Shown piece after piece: positions 14,683-26,100 of a stretch of 64,000 bases of DNA. Position 1 is the first letter of the stretch; the number at the start of each line of letters is the position of its first letter. The notes below the pieces were generated by a model. It had not been told where the DNA came from. It saw only the letters and a program-made list of their open reading frames with translations, and ran no database searches. Source of the stretch: Eledone cirrhosa (taxonomy: Eukaryota); the NCBI GenBank assembly GCA_964016885.1, contig OZ024744.1, forward strand, positions 37,820,001 through 37,884,000. Reading direction: 5' to 3'. A program made the position numbers and the translations under genes.

Positions 14683-14763
<81 letters not shown>

Positions 14764-14899
14764 TAGAAAGTGAGGTTATTTTACAAAATGAAAAATAACC
14801 GAGGTGTCCTACACGAGTGAAAGTATAAAGAAAAAAAGATGAAATCGAAAATGCAACTGGAGTCTTATTTAAAAAAATATATATATATTTATTTGGTTC

Positions 14900-14935
14900 C
14901 TTTACCGGTTTCGCAGTTCTTCTGCTTTTCAAAAG
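14900..14935 (-). ncRNA. Minimal hammerhead variant with U3-A8 core pair
   Basis: Minus strand: CTT TTGAAAA GCAG aagaa CTGC GAAA CCGG TA AAG. Palindromic ACCGGT stem III. Lies between ~70-bp inverted repeats 14831-14902 and 14974-15039. Confidence 0.6.
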
Positions 14936-15034
14936 TAGAGTTGAGATGGAGGGTCTGTGGTTTTTCTCATGTGAAGGAACCAAATAAATATTTAAAAAAA
15001 AATAAGACTCCAGTTGCATTTTCGATTTCATCTT

Positions 15035-15125
<91 letters not shown>

Positions 15126-15300
15126 ATATTTTGATTTATATTTATATATGTTTGATATATCTATAAATATGTAGGGTAGAACTAAGTACTAGCCAGTTAC
15201 CGGTATGACAAAAGGCTCAATGTAAAATTTCAAGTGTTTTACAGAGCCGATATACAAAGTGTTAAAACGATCACATTTTATTTTAGTTTAGAACATTTAT

Positions 15301-15423
<123 letters not shown>

Positions 15424-15518
15424 GTATATATATATATATATATATATTTATACATATGTATATTGATATATATATATATATGTGTGTGTGTGTGTATAGA
15501 TATATATGTATGTATGTA

Positions 15519-15594
15519 TGGGGGTGTTGGTGTGGGTAGGTGGGTGTTGGTGTGGGTGGATGGGTGTTGGTGTGGGTGGATGGGTGTTAGTGTG
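15519..15594. repeat. 20-bp tandem repeat (tgggtgttggtgtgggtgga), about 3.5 copies
   Basis: Seen directly. Confidence 0.85.
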
Positions 15595-15989
15595 CAAGTT
15601 ATGTAAGTGATATTTTTATATTCTGCTTACTTTCAACCTTGTCATATCTATTACTTTATTTAATTATATTATGTTCTGTAATATTCTTGTATAAGTCAGC
15701 GCTGGAAAATTCTATTGAGCTTTTTTACAGAACAATGAAATCGAGATATTTTTTATTTCGATTTAGTTTGTTCTTTTCCTCTTACTCTTTAATATATTGT
15801 AACTGACATTAACAATTATAATTAGTCTTCTCAAATATAATGTATCTTAATGAATGTTCTTAGGTTTGAAAATGTATTTGTTTTAATTGACTACAGCTGC
15901 TTAACCCCCCAAGTTAACCTGTTTTGTCTATCGATCTTTTCTCGCCTTTATCGCATACATTGTTATCTGCTGGACAGGCTATATCTATG

Positions 15990-16230
15990 ATACAACACTG
16001 TTTGTCGACCTTGAAAAGGCATAAGACCGCGTTCCTCGGGACATATTGTGAAAGGTTTTGCAGGAGTATGGGATCGATGGCCAAATTCTTGCTGCCCTCA
16101 TGTCACTATACGAATGCCGAAGTATTTGTAATCGGTTAAATGTTGCTAAATCGAAACCATTCAATTTAGGAATTGGACTCCAGCAAGTGTGCAAACTGTC
16201 ACCTCTCCTGTTCATTATTTACATGAACAA
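15990..16230 (+). pseudogene. RTE-like reverse transcriptase fragment
   Basis: FVDLEKA*DRVPR, QEYGIDG and GLQQVCKLSPLLFIIYM motifs. Confidence 0.75.
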
Positions 16231-16452
16231 GGACGGTGGATTGGCAGTATCGGTAGAAGGTCGGACGCCATGCTTCGTAGCATAGAGATAAGGCTTTTTA
16301 TGATCTGAGTTCAAATCCCGCTGAGTTTAACTTTGCCTTTCATCCTTACGGGCGATAAAATAAAGTTCTTGTCACGCACTGGGGTCGATTTAATCGATTT
16401 TCCCCTCCCTCCAAATTGCTGGCCTTGTGCACATATAAGAAACTATTATTAT
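16231..16452 (+). mobile_element. Full-length tRNA-derived SINE
   Basis: A-box TGGCAGTATCGG, B-box GAGTTCAAATCC, conserved core, ggccttgtg..agaaa (ATT)n tail. Confidence 0.88.
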
Positions 16453-17176
16453 ATACTGGAAGTGGTGGCAGTGTTCATGACCATCACAAGTTCCTGGAGA
16501 CAAGTGAAAATGACGCCATTAACGCATATTTTGAACAGATTCAAATCGAGGCTTCTGGAGGAGGGGGGATATGCAAATAGGATATTAGAGAAAAAACTGG
16601 ATATATTATTAGCGTGGAGGTCAGGGAGGAAGTCATGATATGGGTGATGAGGTGGAAAGGCAAAGCTGGCTTCGGTAGGATTTGAACAGAGAAATGTAGA
16701 CTGCTAGAATACATACCACACGGTGTTTAAACTAGAGCTGTAACGATTTACAATTCGCTGCATTTATTCTGTATTTCTAACCATATGTATTTAATTATCA
16801 CATATTTATAATATGATATTGAAGTGGCTATTTGTTCAATGATTTCTTTTTCATCCATTCAAAAACCAAACAGGCAAACAAAGAAAATAAACAAAAAATA
16901 TACAAACATTATTGATACGTTTCCCAAGGTTTGTTAACTCCGTATGTTTCAATTCAATTATTTATAGGGAGATAACATCTGGAGTTGTTACTTTATTCCC
17001 TCACCAATAAAAACGTTCATTCTGTTTATACAATATATTTTCGAAAAAACAAACAAACTATTCTTTCGCTCTCATTTCATCACTTTCAACCCGCTAAAAA
17101 CCAAATAAGCTACGAGATAAATCCATGAATTTGCTCATCTCCAAATTTCTTCTTCTTCTTCTTCTTCTTCTTCTTT

Positions 17177-17362
17177 GGGTCGTATCGGTGGAGGGTCTGA
17201 CACCATGCTTTGCGGTACAGAGTTACGGCCATTTACGTTCTGAGTTCAAATCCCGCCGAGGTTAACTTTGCCTTTCATCCGTACTGGGTCGATAAAATAA
17301 AGTACCAGTAATGCACAGGAGTATATTGCTAGCCTTGTACCAATAGTAGAAACAATTATTAC
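17177..17362 (+). mobile_element. tRNA-derived SINE
   Basis: Same family as 16231-16452. Confidence 0.85.
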
Positions 17363-17409
17363 TTTGATGTATGTCATTCTTGTTATTTAAACGAAAAAGG
17401 TTTCCCTAA

Positions 17410-17725
17410 TGAACTCCAAGCCGCTACCTTCAGCCTCACATATTCAGGACGTATCCAAAGGTCCTTGCTGTTTCCAGTAGGAATGTCTTCTTGTGTATAC
17501 AAAAAAAGGGGGTTTGGGCTAATGTTCTTTAACCATCCTTGGAAGCTCTTCGAGATAGTACTTAGTTCTCCTATGACGATGGGGACGACATTGATCTCAA
17601 GACAGCTCCAAATCTTTTTCGAACTTTAAATCTTGGTACCTGTTAATTTTCTTCCTCTCTTTTTCTTGCACTCTTGAGTTAAAAGGACAAGCTGCATTTA
17701 TAATCAAGCAAGATGCGATTCTTAC
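17410..17725 (-). mobile_element. R4/Dong-type retrotransposon 3' fragment, related to 5480-5790
   Basis: caagccgctacct..gcctca..atattcaggacgta is shared with 5489-5525. Endonuclease C-terminus is degenerate. Confidence 0.8.
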
Positions 17726-17823
17726 CTAGAGCTATCTTCCAGTTGACTTTGATGTATTCAATATGCAGGACGAAACTAAATAGTAGGAGGCTTTTGTAAA
17801 AAAAACATGCAATTTATCCATAA

Positions 17824-18581
17824 CTAGCAGTGTATCCCGCCGTTGCACGGGCAAGAACATTGGTAATAGCACCTCCAATGAGAAACGTTTATTTGTGAGT
17901 GCCTGTTAAAAACTCACAAGAATATACCGACAGGAAACTTGTTTTATTTGGAGAAAAATAAGAAGTTGAAAGTACAGTTTAGCTGTCTACGTGCATTGTT
18001 CACAGAAATATTGCTGAGACCCTTCTTTTCATACTCCTTCTGTGACAGTTGACCCCCAGCGTTTCCTCTCTGTTTTGGCCTATTGGAGTAAATGTGAAAG
18101 AGAAAGTCACGGGTTAAGTTGGCAGAAGGTTCCAGTGTCATAGCAGTAAAGCGTAGGCTACTTAGCTCAAAAGTTCATTCGCCCTCTTTCAACTAAGTTA
18201 CTCTTTCTCTCTATCCCTCTCGGTGCATTTACTCCTAGTTGGTAATTGGTAAAGAAAATAAATTTGTTTCCGCTTAACGTCAGCGTAAGTGATTTTATCA
18301 TAGGTTTGGGGATATTTTGGCGGGGGTTTTCTAAAAAGATCCACTGTCTACTGGTGTTAGTGGAAATATCTCAGGGTAAGTTATCAAAAAATTTGTAAAT
18401 AACACTTACCGATTGAAAAATAATCCGGAGATCGATAACCGGCGCGTAACACCCCTTTAACAACAGAAAATTGAAAAATAAAAGCAGCAGTTAATATCTT
18501 TATACAGCAAGGAATATATAAATTCAAGTTTGAAGTCAATCGGAGTTGAAATGTGGATTTGTATAGACTTTGCAAAAATGA

Positions 18582-18660
<79 letters not shown>

Positions 18661-18715
18661 CACACCACACACACACACACAGACAATTTCACTTTTATAT
18701 ATATGTATAGATAGA
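17824..18715 (-). mobile_element. Non-autonomous Helitron
   Basis: Minus strand begins A|TCTATCTATACATATATATAAAAG and ends with hairpin CCCGTGCAACGGCGGG followed by CTAG|T. Contains an internal (TG)n tract. Confidence 0.75.
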
Positions 18716-18799
18716 TATTGAGGATTATAATTATTTTAGACATTAATAAACTCGAATAAAGCCGAGTGCTGACACTCGTATTAGATTAAAAATTAATAA

Positions 18800-19830
18800 T
18801 TAATATGACGGTGTGGTTAAGGAGTTGGCTTTGTAACCACATGAATCGATTTCAGTTCTTCTGCGTGGCATCTTATAATTGTGTGAACTCCTATGACCGT
18901 AGCGTAACCAATGCATTGAGTGTAAAATTTGGTAGACAAAATGTGATAAAACCAGACGAATATATATATGAAATACCAATGATGGTTGGCAAATCTCTGA
19001 CGAGGGACTAATTTTATAATATGTAACCCATGTGCAACCACGCAGTATTTCTCTTTCTTCTCATGTTTTTTTAATACATATTTACCTCGGCTGCGTTTGT
19101 CTGTTTCTCTCTTTCTCTCTTACTGCTCCCCCGGTATCTCTGTTTCTCTCACCTTCTTTCTCCCCCTCTGTCAGTTACACTTTCTCTCGACTGACCTCTT
19201 CCTCGCACTCTCTGTTTCTCCGCTTCTCACTTCCTCCCGTTTCGTTAGTAGTGGGGTCCTTTCTTGCTCACATCTCACTCACGTCGGACGGTCAGTATTC
19301 TGATCGCTCATGAAATTCACCCAGTTTATGCTGACCGGATAACCATGTGCTTGTTTCTTTTCCTATCTTCGGTTTGCTTTAACCTTCTATGTTGTTTACT
19401 TGTCTCACTCGCTTTACGCGATTCACTTGTCCCAATAGCTTTTTTTAGTTATTGCTCGCACTAACCTGAGGTATATGATTTTTAATGCGATGAAATATCA
19501 ATGATGGTTGGCAAATCACTGACGAGGGACTAATTTTATAATATGTAACCCATGTGCAACCACGCAGTATTCCTCTTTCTTCTCATATATATATATGTGT
19601 GCGTGTGTGTGTGGCTGTGTGTCTGTCTGTGTGTGTCTGTGTCTGTCACCGCGTATGTGTCTATATTCACTGCCAGATTATGTGTTAAAACTTATCGGTT
19701 CAACAATAAAAAGATCGATAAGATGAGTACCAAAGTTGAGAAAAATAAATACTTGTGTTGATAAGATCAACTAAATCCCTTGAAGGCGGGGCTTCAGCAT
19801 AGCCGCCGCAGTCCTGTAAAACAATATTCT
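18800..19830 (+). mobile_element. Degenerate second tRNA-SINE family, interrupted by an insert with ~97-bp direct repeats (18968-19064, 19490-19586)
   Basis: gtgtggttaaggagttggc head, then a (TA)/(TG) tract, then a 3' gataagatgagtacca...gaaggcggggcttcagcat segment. The direct repeats are seen directly. Confidence 0.55.
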
Positions 19831-20565
19831 GGAATATTCGTGAATAATGCAGTAAGAAATGTTCACACACACAAAAAGAGAAGTGAAAAGGCGTCTCCCA
19901 ATACAATTTAGCAGTCACCTGATAATTAGTCGAAATATAAACACCCTAAGAAAAATATGCTTCCCTCTTTTACTGTATTACTATTTTCACTGTATTACTA
20001 TTTTTATATTTTATTTTCAGTTGTGTTTTGTTTGTTTTTTACAGACTGTTCAGTATTCATTCTATTTCGACAATATTTGTCCTGTTTTGTCTCATTTTTT
20101 CTTTCAATTCTTATCCCCCCCCCCCCCCCACACACACAAAAATCAATACCATACATATTCATTTAAATTCCAAATATTCTTTTCTGCAAACAAAGTACAA
20201 TGAGGAGTTCTTTTCCCTCCCAGCAAGCCGCCATATTTACACTATTGTAAGGAAATATAAATACTAACGTGTTCACTGAAGTTCGCATATACGAGTAAAC
20301 ACTATTTATATATCTTATCCTTTTAACTTTATATTTATCTTTACATTTATTTATGTAATTATTTATTCGCTTATTTATTTATGTATTTATTTATTCTTTG
20401 TTTATGTAAATTTCGCTTACGAAATTTTATCCAGTACTTTAACCAGGATAACCTCGGAACGAAATTTAATTTCAGCCAATATTTTAAGTTTTTCTCGAGA
20501 TACTGCTTTTTTGTCAAACATGCTCAGCGCAAAAGTGTCGTAATATTATTTATTACTCACAGAAG

Positions 20566-20620
<55 letters not shown>

Positions 20621-20753
20621 TTATACGTAGACAAACATACATAGTTACACATACGCACAAACAGATACACATACACACATATATACATACAAGTATACAT
20701 ACATCATACATACATATATGATACATACATACGCGTGTATACACACACACATA

Positions 20754-20819
<66 letters not shown>

Positions 20820-20989
20820 GAGAGAGAGAGTGAGAGAGAGAAAGAGAGAGAGAGAGGAAGATAAATAGTGTGTGAGTCGGCGTATGCCCGCGTGCATATG
20901 ACCTGCTGCTGCATAGAAAATAATTCACATGCTGTATATATATATATATATATATATATAAGTTTTAATATATATACATATATATATAT

Positions 20990-22030
20990 AATGGTAGAAC
21001 ACTGGAAGGTAATAACTGTAGTGGTAGAGCACTCAGTCCATGGGACGAGTTAGGTAGAAGTGGTTACACAACAGTTAGTTCACCATACCGAGTACAATTG
21101 TTTCACCTTCGTGGATCTTCAGTTCGGGATGTGTATGGTTATAGGAACAGGATGGACAACCGTACGAACGCGCATGCGCAGAAACTCGGTCACTTCACAC
21201 AGGCAATACTAGACTGCGTGCGGGAGGTGTAAGGGAGATAACTGCGAAAGTCCGGAAAGTTTTTAGGTTGAAAATAAAATAAAAAAAAATTAAAAATAAA
21301 ATTACAAAGAATCAGTCCGGAGCCTTGTAGTTATGTAATAGATGTTTGCTCACGTGTGGACAACGTGTGAAAAATTCACTTCTCGTGTTTAGGCAATCAC
21401 TATTGCGTAATCTCTTTAGGGTAGTTATTCGTTCGTCAATACATAAGCCACACGTCGGATTTCCCCTTGGGTATGGCTTGGACGTGGCTCGCGAGTTTCG
21501 TGGATGAATGTCTGTCCGGGTATCTGAAGGTAGACTGGTGGTTCAGGAAACTGTATCGGCCCTCCGCCATGCCTACATAGGATTTGACCTCCTGTGGTTC
21601 GTTTGGTCGGTTGGAAGTGATCACAGCTTCATAGATTACAGCTGGTGTGTTGCATTGCTGTTGAAGGGGCAAGCTTCAGGCTTACGGCAAAGCACCCTGG
21701 TGGGGTGTTGCTCCTATGGATGCTGGTGATGTGGGCCTTCATGTTCTTAGCGCAGGAGTATCCTAGTTTAACTTTGTGTCGGTTAAAGATGGAACGGTAT
21801 TTATGACCTATGGGAAAGTGTCTATCTAAGAGGGCTAGAAATGTTTTTCCTACATTGGTTTTAACGTTGAGTGAGAAGGGAGGAGAGAACCAGATAGTTT
21901 GTCTATTGTTGCGCTTACTTTTCTTAATAGTGTTGTTGCTAGTGGGAGAGTAGGTGATAGGTTGTGAGAAGCCGCTGTTAGCCAACGCCGTGTTATAGTA
22001 GGGTGCCTCCCTGTCAAAGATAGCCTTATT
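20990..22030 (-). mobile_element. 5'-truncated Penelope-like element (linker, GIY-YIG endonuclease, 3' pLTR)
   Basis: IWFSPPFSLNVKTNVGK..HFPIGHKY..FNRHKVKLGYSC and VIYEAVI..SYVGMAEG motifs, frameshifted. Confidence 0.88.
21088..21127 (-). ncRNA. Minimal hammerhead in the Penelope 3' pLTR
   Basis: Minus strand: CCGAA CTGAAGA TCC acgaa GGT GAAA CAATTG TA CTCGG. Palindromic stem III, one mismatch in stem I. Confidence 0.65.
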
Positions 22031-22197
22031 AGGTTTGAGATTCTAGTACTGATATTCTTAACGAAGTTTCTAAAAATTAAGTTTCTCGTTTAGCTTATGG
22101 AAGCTTATGGCCATTGCTAGTAAAAAACAAACAAACATAATAATAACAATAACGACAATAATAATAATTGTTTCTACTTTTGTTTCGACAATAACAA

Positions 22198-22390
22198 TAA
22201 TATTAATGGTTTCTTATATAGGCACAAGGCCACTAATTTGGGGGAGGGGGAAGTCGATTAAATCGACCCCAGTATGTTACCGGTACTTTATTTTATCGAC
22301 CCCGTAAGGATGAAAGGCAAAGTTAACCTCGGCCGGATTTGAACTCAGATCATAAAGAGCCGTAACTCTATGCTGGAAATAATACTAAAG

Positions 22391-22446
<56 letters not shown>

Positions 22447-22636
22447 TGTTTCTACATTTGGCACAAGGCCAGCAAATTACCCAGTGCATTACTGGTACTT
22501 TATTTTATCGACCCCGTAAGGATGAAAGGCAAAGTCAACCTCGGCGGGATTTGAACTCAGATCGTAAAGGGACGTAACTCTGCTGGAAAGCATGGCGTCC
22601 GACCCTCTACCGATACTGCCAATCCACCACCGCCAT
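22198..22636 (-). mobile_element. Two tandem tRNA-derived SINEs (22198-22380, 22440-22636) separated by (AAT)n
   Basis: Reverse complement of the SINE at 16231. The second copy is full-length with head ggcggtggtggattggcagtatcggtag. Confidence 0.88.
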
Positions 22637-22659
22637 TAATAATAATAATAATACTGATA

Positions 22660-23105
22660 TAATATTGAAGGACTTTCAAAGGAGGGTATGCCTGCTAATT
22701 GATATGTCTGTTCCAATAGACAAGAATGTATCTATAAAAACATTTGAAAAATTGAGCAAGTATAAGGACCTGGAGATAGAAATTGGAAAAATGTGGAAAT
22801 TGAGAACTAAAACAATACCAGTGGTTGTAGGCGCTCTGGGAATGATACCTAAGGGGTCTAACGACTACTTATCGCAAATCCCAGGAAACCCGCGTATAGG
22901 AGAAATACAAAAGATAGTACTAATGGGAACTGCCCATATACTAAAGAAGATCCTGTCAATATAAGTACATCACAAGTCTAAACACTAAGGATGCATGTGT
23001 GAATATGTATGTTCTTTCTTGAACATGGCGGACCTTGTTGTCTCTTGAGGTCACTGGTTGTGACTTGGTGATAACTCGTATGAACATAAAGCAAGATAAA
23101 TGCAA
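22660..23105 (+). mobile_element. R4/Dong-type retrotransposon 3' fragment (second family)
   Basis: LLIDMSVPID..EKLSKYKDLEIE..IPVVVGALG motif. Ends in (AAT)n. Confidence 0.85.
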
Positions 23106-23122
23106 ATAATAATAATAATAAT

Positions 23123-26100
23123 GATTTCATTTATTAACCACAAGAGCGGACATGTAGGGGACAATACAAAGACAGGGACAGTGGGGGTTTACAATAAGAT
23201 CGAGTAAAAGTGCACAATGGCAAGATTAATTTAACAATGAAGATATAAAAATATAAAATAAACTATGCATAAATATAACAAAATAAATTCCCCGATAGGG
23301 GGTGGACGACCCTGGGGTAACTCGGGTACCTCACCAATCCTGAACCACCATGCGCTTCTAGGGCACCCAGGGAGAGCACCCCTCTCCTCAAGTTAGCTAG
23401 CCTATAGGCGCATGGTCAGAGTAGGCCCATTCTCGCCCCATTCACCCACCTTTTAGCAAATGTACTGGGGGGAAGCACCTCTCTCTCCCCCCTCCCCTTT
23501 CTTTCCAGGTGAAACTTGAAGAAGTCGATGAGGGATTAGCAGAAGAGAAAAGTGTCTGTCTTCAGTCTTTTTAACCTGGTCCACCGTATAACCTCTTTCG
23601 CAACTGCCACCAGACAGAGGAACATTTCCTACTCTTCCTGACCTATGGAAGGCGGCGGTTCGATCTTCACTATGGACTCGGCCGATAGCCGTACTGGGGG
23701 GGGGGGGGGGGGCATCACTTCTCTCTCCACCCTCACCTTCTTTTCCAGGTGAAACTTGAAGTTGATGAGGGATTAGCTGTTCGACATAACTCCACAAGTC
23801 AGTAATGCACGGACATTGGACAAGTGCGTGCAGAACGGTTTCGTCGTTCTGTGCGCATCTTGGGCAGGTCCATCTGACAGCACTTCCGCCCAGCCCTCCG
23901 CGTAGAGGGTGCTGGCAGCAGATGGCGACCTCACCAACGGAACTTGTCCCCTCCACAAGAATTTGAAGAGGAGCCGTTCCAACTTGACGAGACGCGGACG
24001 GGGATAAGGCACGACGGTCAGGCGGTAGTCGATGACCGACGCGATGTACGCATTCGCCACCTCCGCGCGACCTTTCAGTGATAACTTCCTCCCAGCCCAT
24101 TTTTGGGTGAGACTGGCTACACTGCTGGTTACCTCGTCCAATTCTTTTCCACCTGGAGGTCTGGTCCGAACCAAACCCCGAGCAACTTTACTGGTCCGTC
24201 CGTCCAGCGCCCCACGCCGCTGTTGGACGGCATGAGCTTGCCTCTCCTGGTTCCGAGTTGCAAGCCCACCGACTTTTCCGGGTTAAGTTTGGCTCCTGTC
24301 AACATTTCATATGCCTTCAATATGGTGCCATTTCTGAGGTGTTCGACACCATCACGGTGATGTCGTCCGCATAAGCCGACACCGCCCTTCCACGACCCGG
24401 TTCGAGCGAGATGCCCTGCAACAACTCCAGCTTCCGCAGTAAAGGCTCGAGAGTCAATACGTACAGAAGGGAAGTGGAGGGCACCCTTGACGGACCGATC
24501 GGGAGAGCCGAAATGGTTCCGAGAGGTGGCCATTAACCTTGACCCCTGAGCGTGTGCCGCTGTGCATTGCAGCGATCCAGCTTCTGAAGACAGGGCCGAA
24601 GCCAGCTGCTTTGAGGACAAACTCCAGATACCGATAGTCGACCCTATCGAATGCTTTCGATTGATATAAATTGATCAGTGTCCCACCGAAGCCAGGTTTA
24701 CACCCTACCCACTCTATGATGTATCGCGTGAGGTGGAGATTGTCGTGTATGGACTTGGCTGGAATGCGCAAGTTTGCGCCTCCCCAACCAAATCCTCGAC
24801 GACAAGCGCCAATCTCTTTGCTAACACCTTGGCCACAATCTTAAACTCTGTGTTGAGCAGAGTTATGGGCCTGAAGTTGTCTAATGTATCCCTCTTGTTC
24901 TCGTCTTTCTTCTCGTCACCACTCCCCTGCTCACAGAACTGGGAATACTCCCATTCTGCTACCAGTTGCAGTAGAGTGCTTCGAAGAGATCGGAGAACAA
25001 GTCTGGCATATTTACGTAAAGCTCATAGGGCAGGCCATCCAAACCGGGTGACTTGCGCCACATGCGTCGACAAGGGCGTCCTGAATTTCGGCTGAAGTAA
25101 TCGGCCTTTCGCAGCGCCCAGCGTCGACCGCCGAGATGCGCGGCAAGCCGTCAAGGTAGGGACTGAAATCCTCTACTCTCTCTGACTCGTCACTCTCCAT
25201 GAACAACGGAGCAAAGTGCTGGTGAAAGGCTTCACACATCCGCTTCGAATCGCTTATCTCGTGTCCATCTGGTTCCGCCAAAGATAGAATTGTGGTTTTA
25301 TTACGACGCTGCGCCTCCGCCACGCGGGTCCATCGAACAGCTTTGGTTCCCTCGTTTCTCAGCGCACGCGCCTTAGCTCTGCCAATGCAACCTTCGTGTT
25401 TCGTATTGAATAAAAGGTCTAATGCCATTCTCGCAGCTACCACTACAAATAGACTCGTCTAACTTATCTACCAGCTCCCCCTCCTTTCTATTTTTCTCTA
25501 ACGCTAGTTCTTTGCTGAACTCTATCGAAGTTACTCTAATCTCTCTTTTGAGAGCCCCCCACCATCTGTTGTTGATGATCCCCCTGTCAACTTTTGCTTA
25601 ACTAAATTGTTGACTCGGTCCCTGTAAGCCTTATGTTCCGGATATCACATGTTCAGCTTCCAGTAACCCGGTCTTAACCTGCGCGTTTTATCTAGGTCGA
25701 CCGTACAGATCACAAATTTGTGATCTGAATAGGCGACCGTTTTAAAAAGTGGGCAGCCTACACTATTTCTATCTATTTTCCTAATGAAGATCCTGTCTAT
25801 ATACGATCTAGATGACCCCATTAGGTTGGTCCAGGTCAATACTGGCACATTGGGGAAATCTAGTCGATACCTGTCAGAGAGTTGGAACTGGCTGAGTAGG
25901 TGCTTGAGGCTTTTACACTCCCCGATCCTATCTGCTACTCACACACAATCCCAGCGTGCGTCTAAGATGCCATTCCAGTCCCCCGCTAACAGTAAAGGGC
26001 GAGACGTACACAGAAAGGTCTCCAGGCGCCTAAAGAAGTCCGGTCGTCCGGCCCCTGTAGGGGCGTAGACGGTCAGTAGTCAAAAGGCACCACCTTCGCT

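Noticed and set aside
16231-16330. tRNA gene candidates at SINE heads
   Set aside because: A and B boxes are present but there is no full cloverleaf, and they continue into a multi-copy SINE body.
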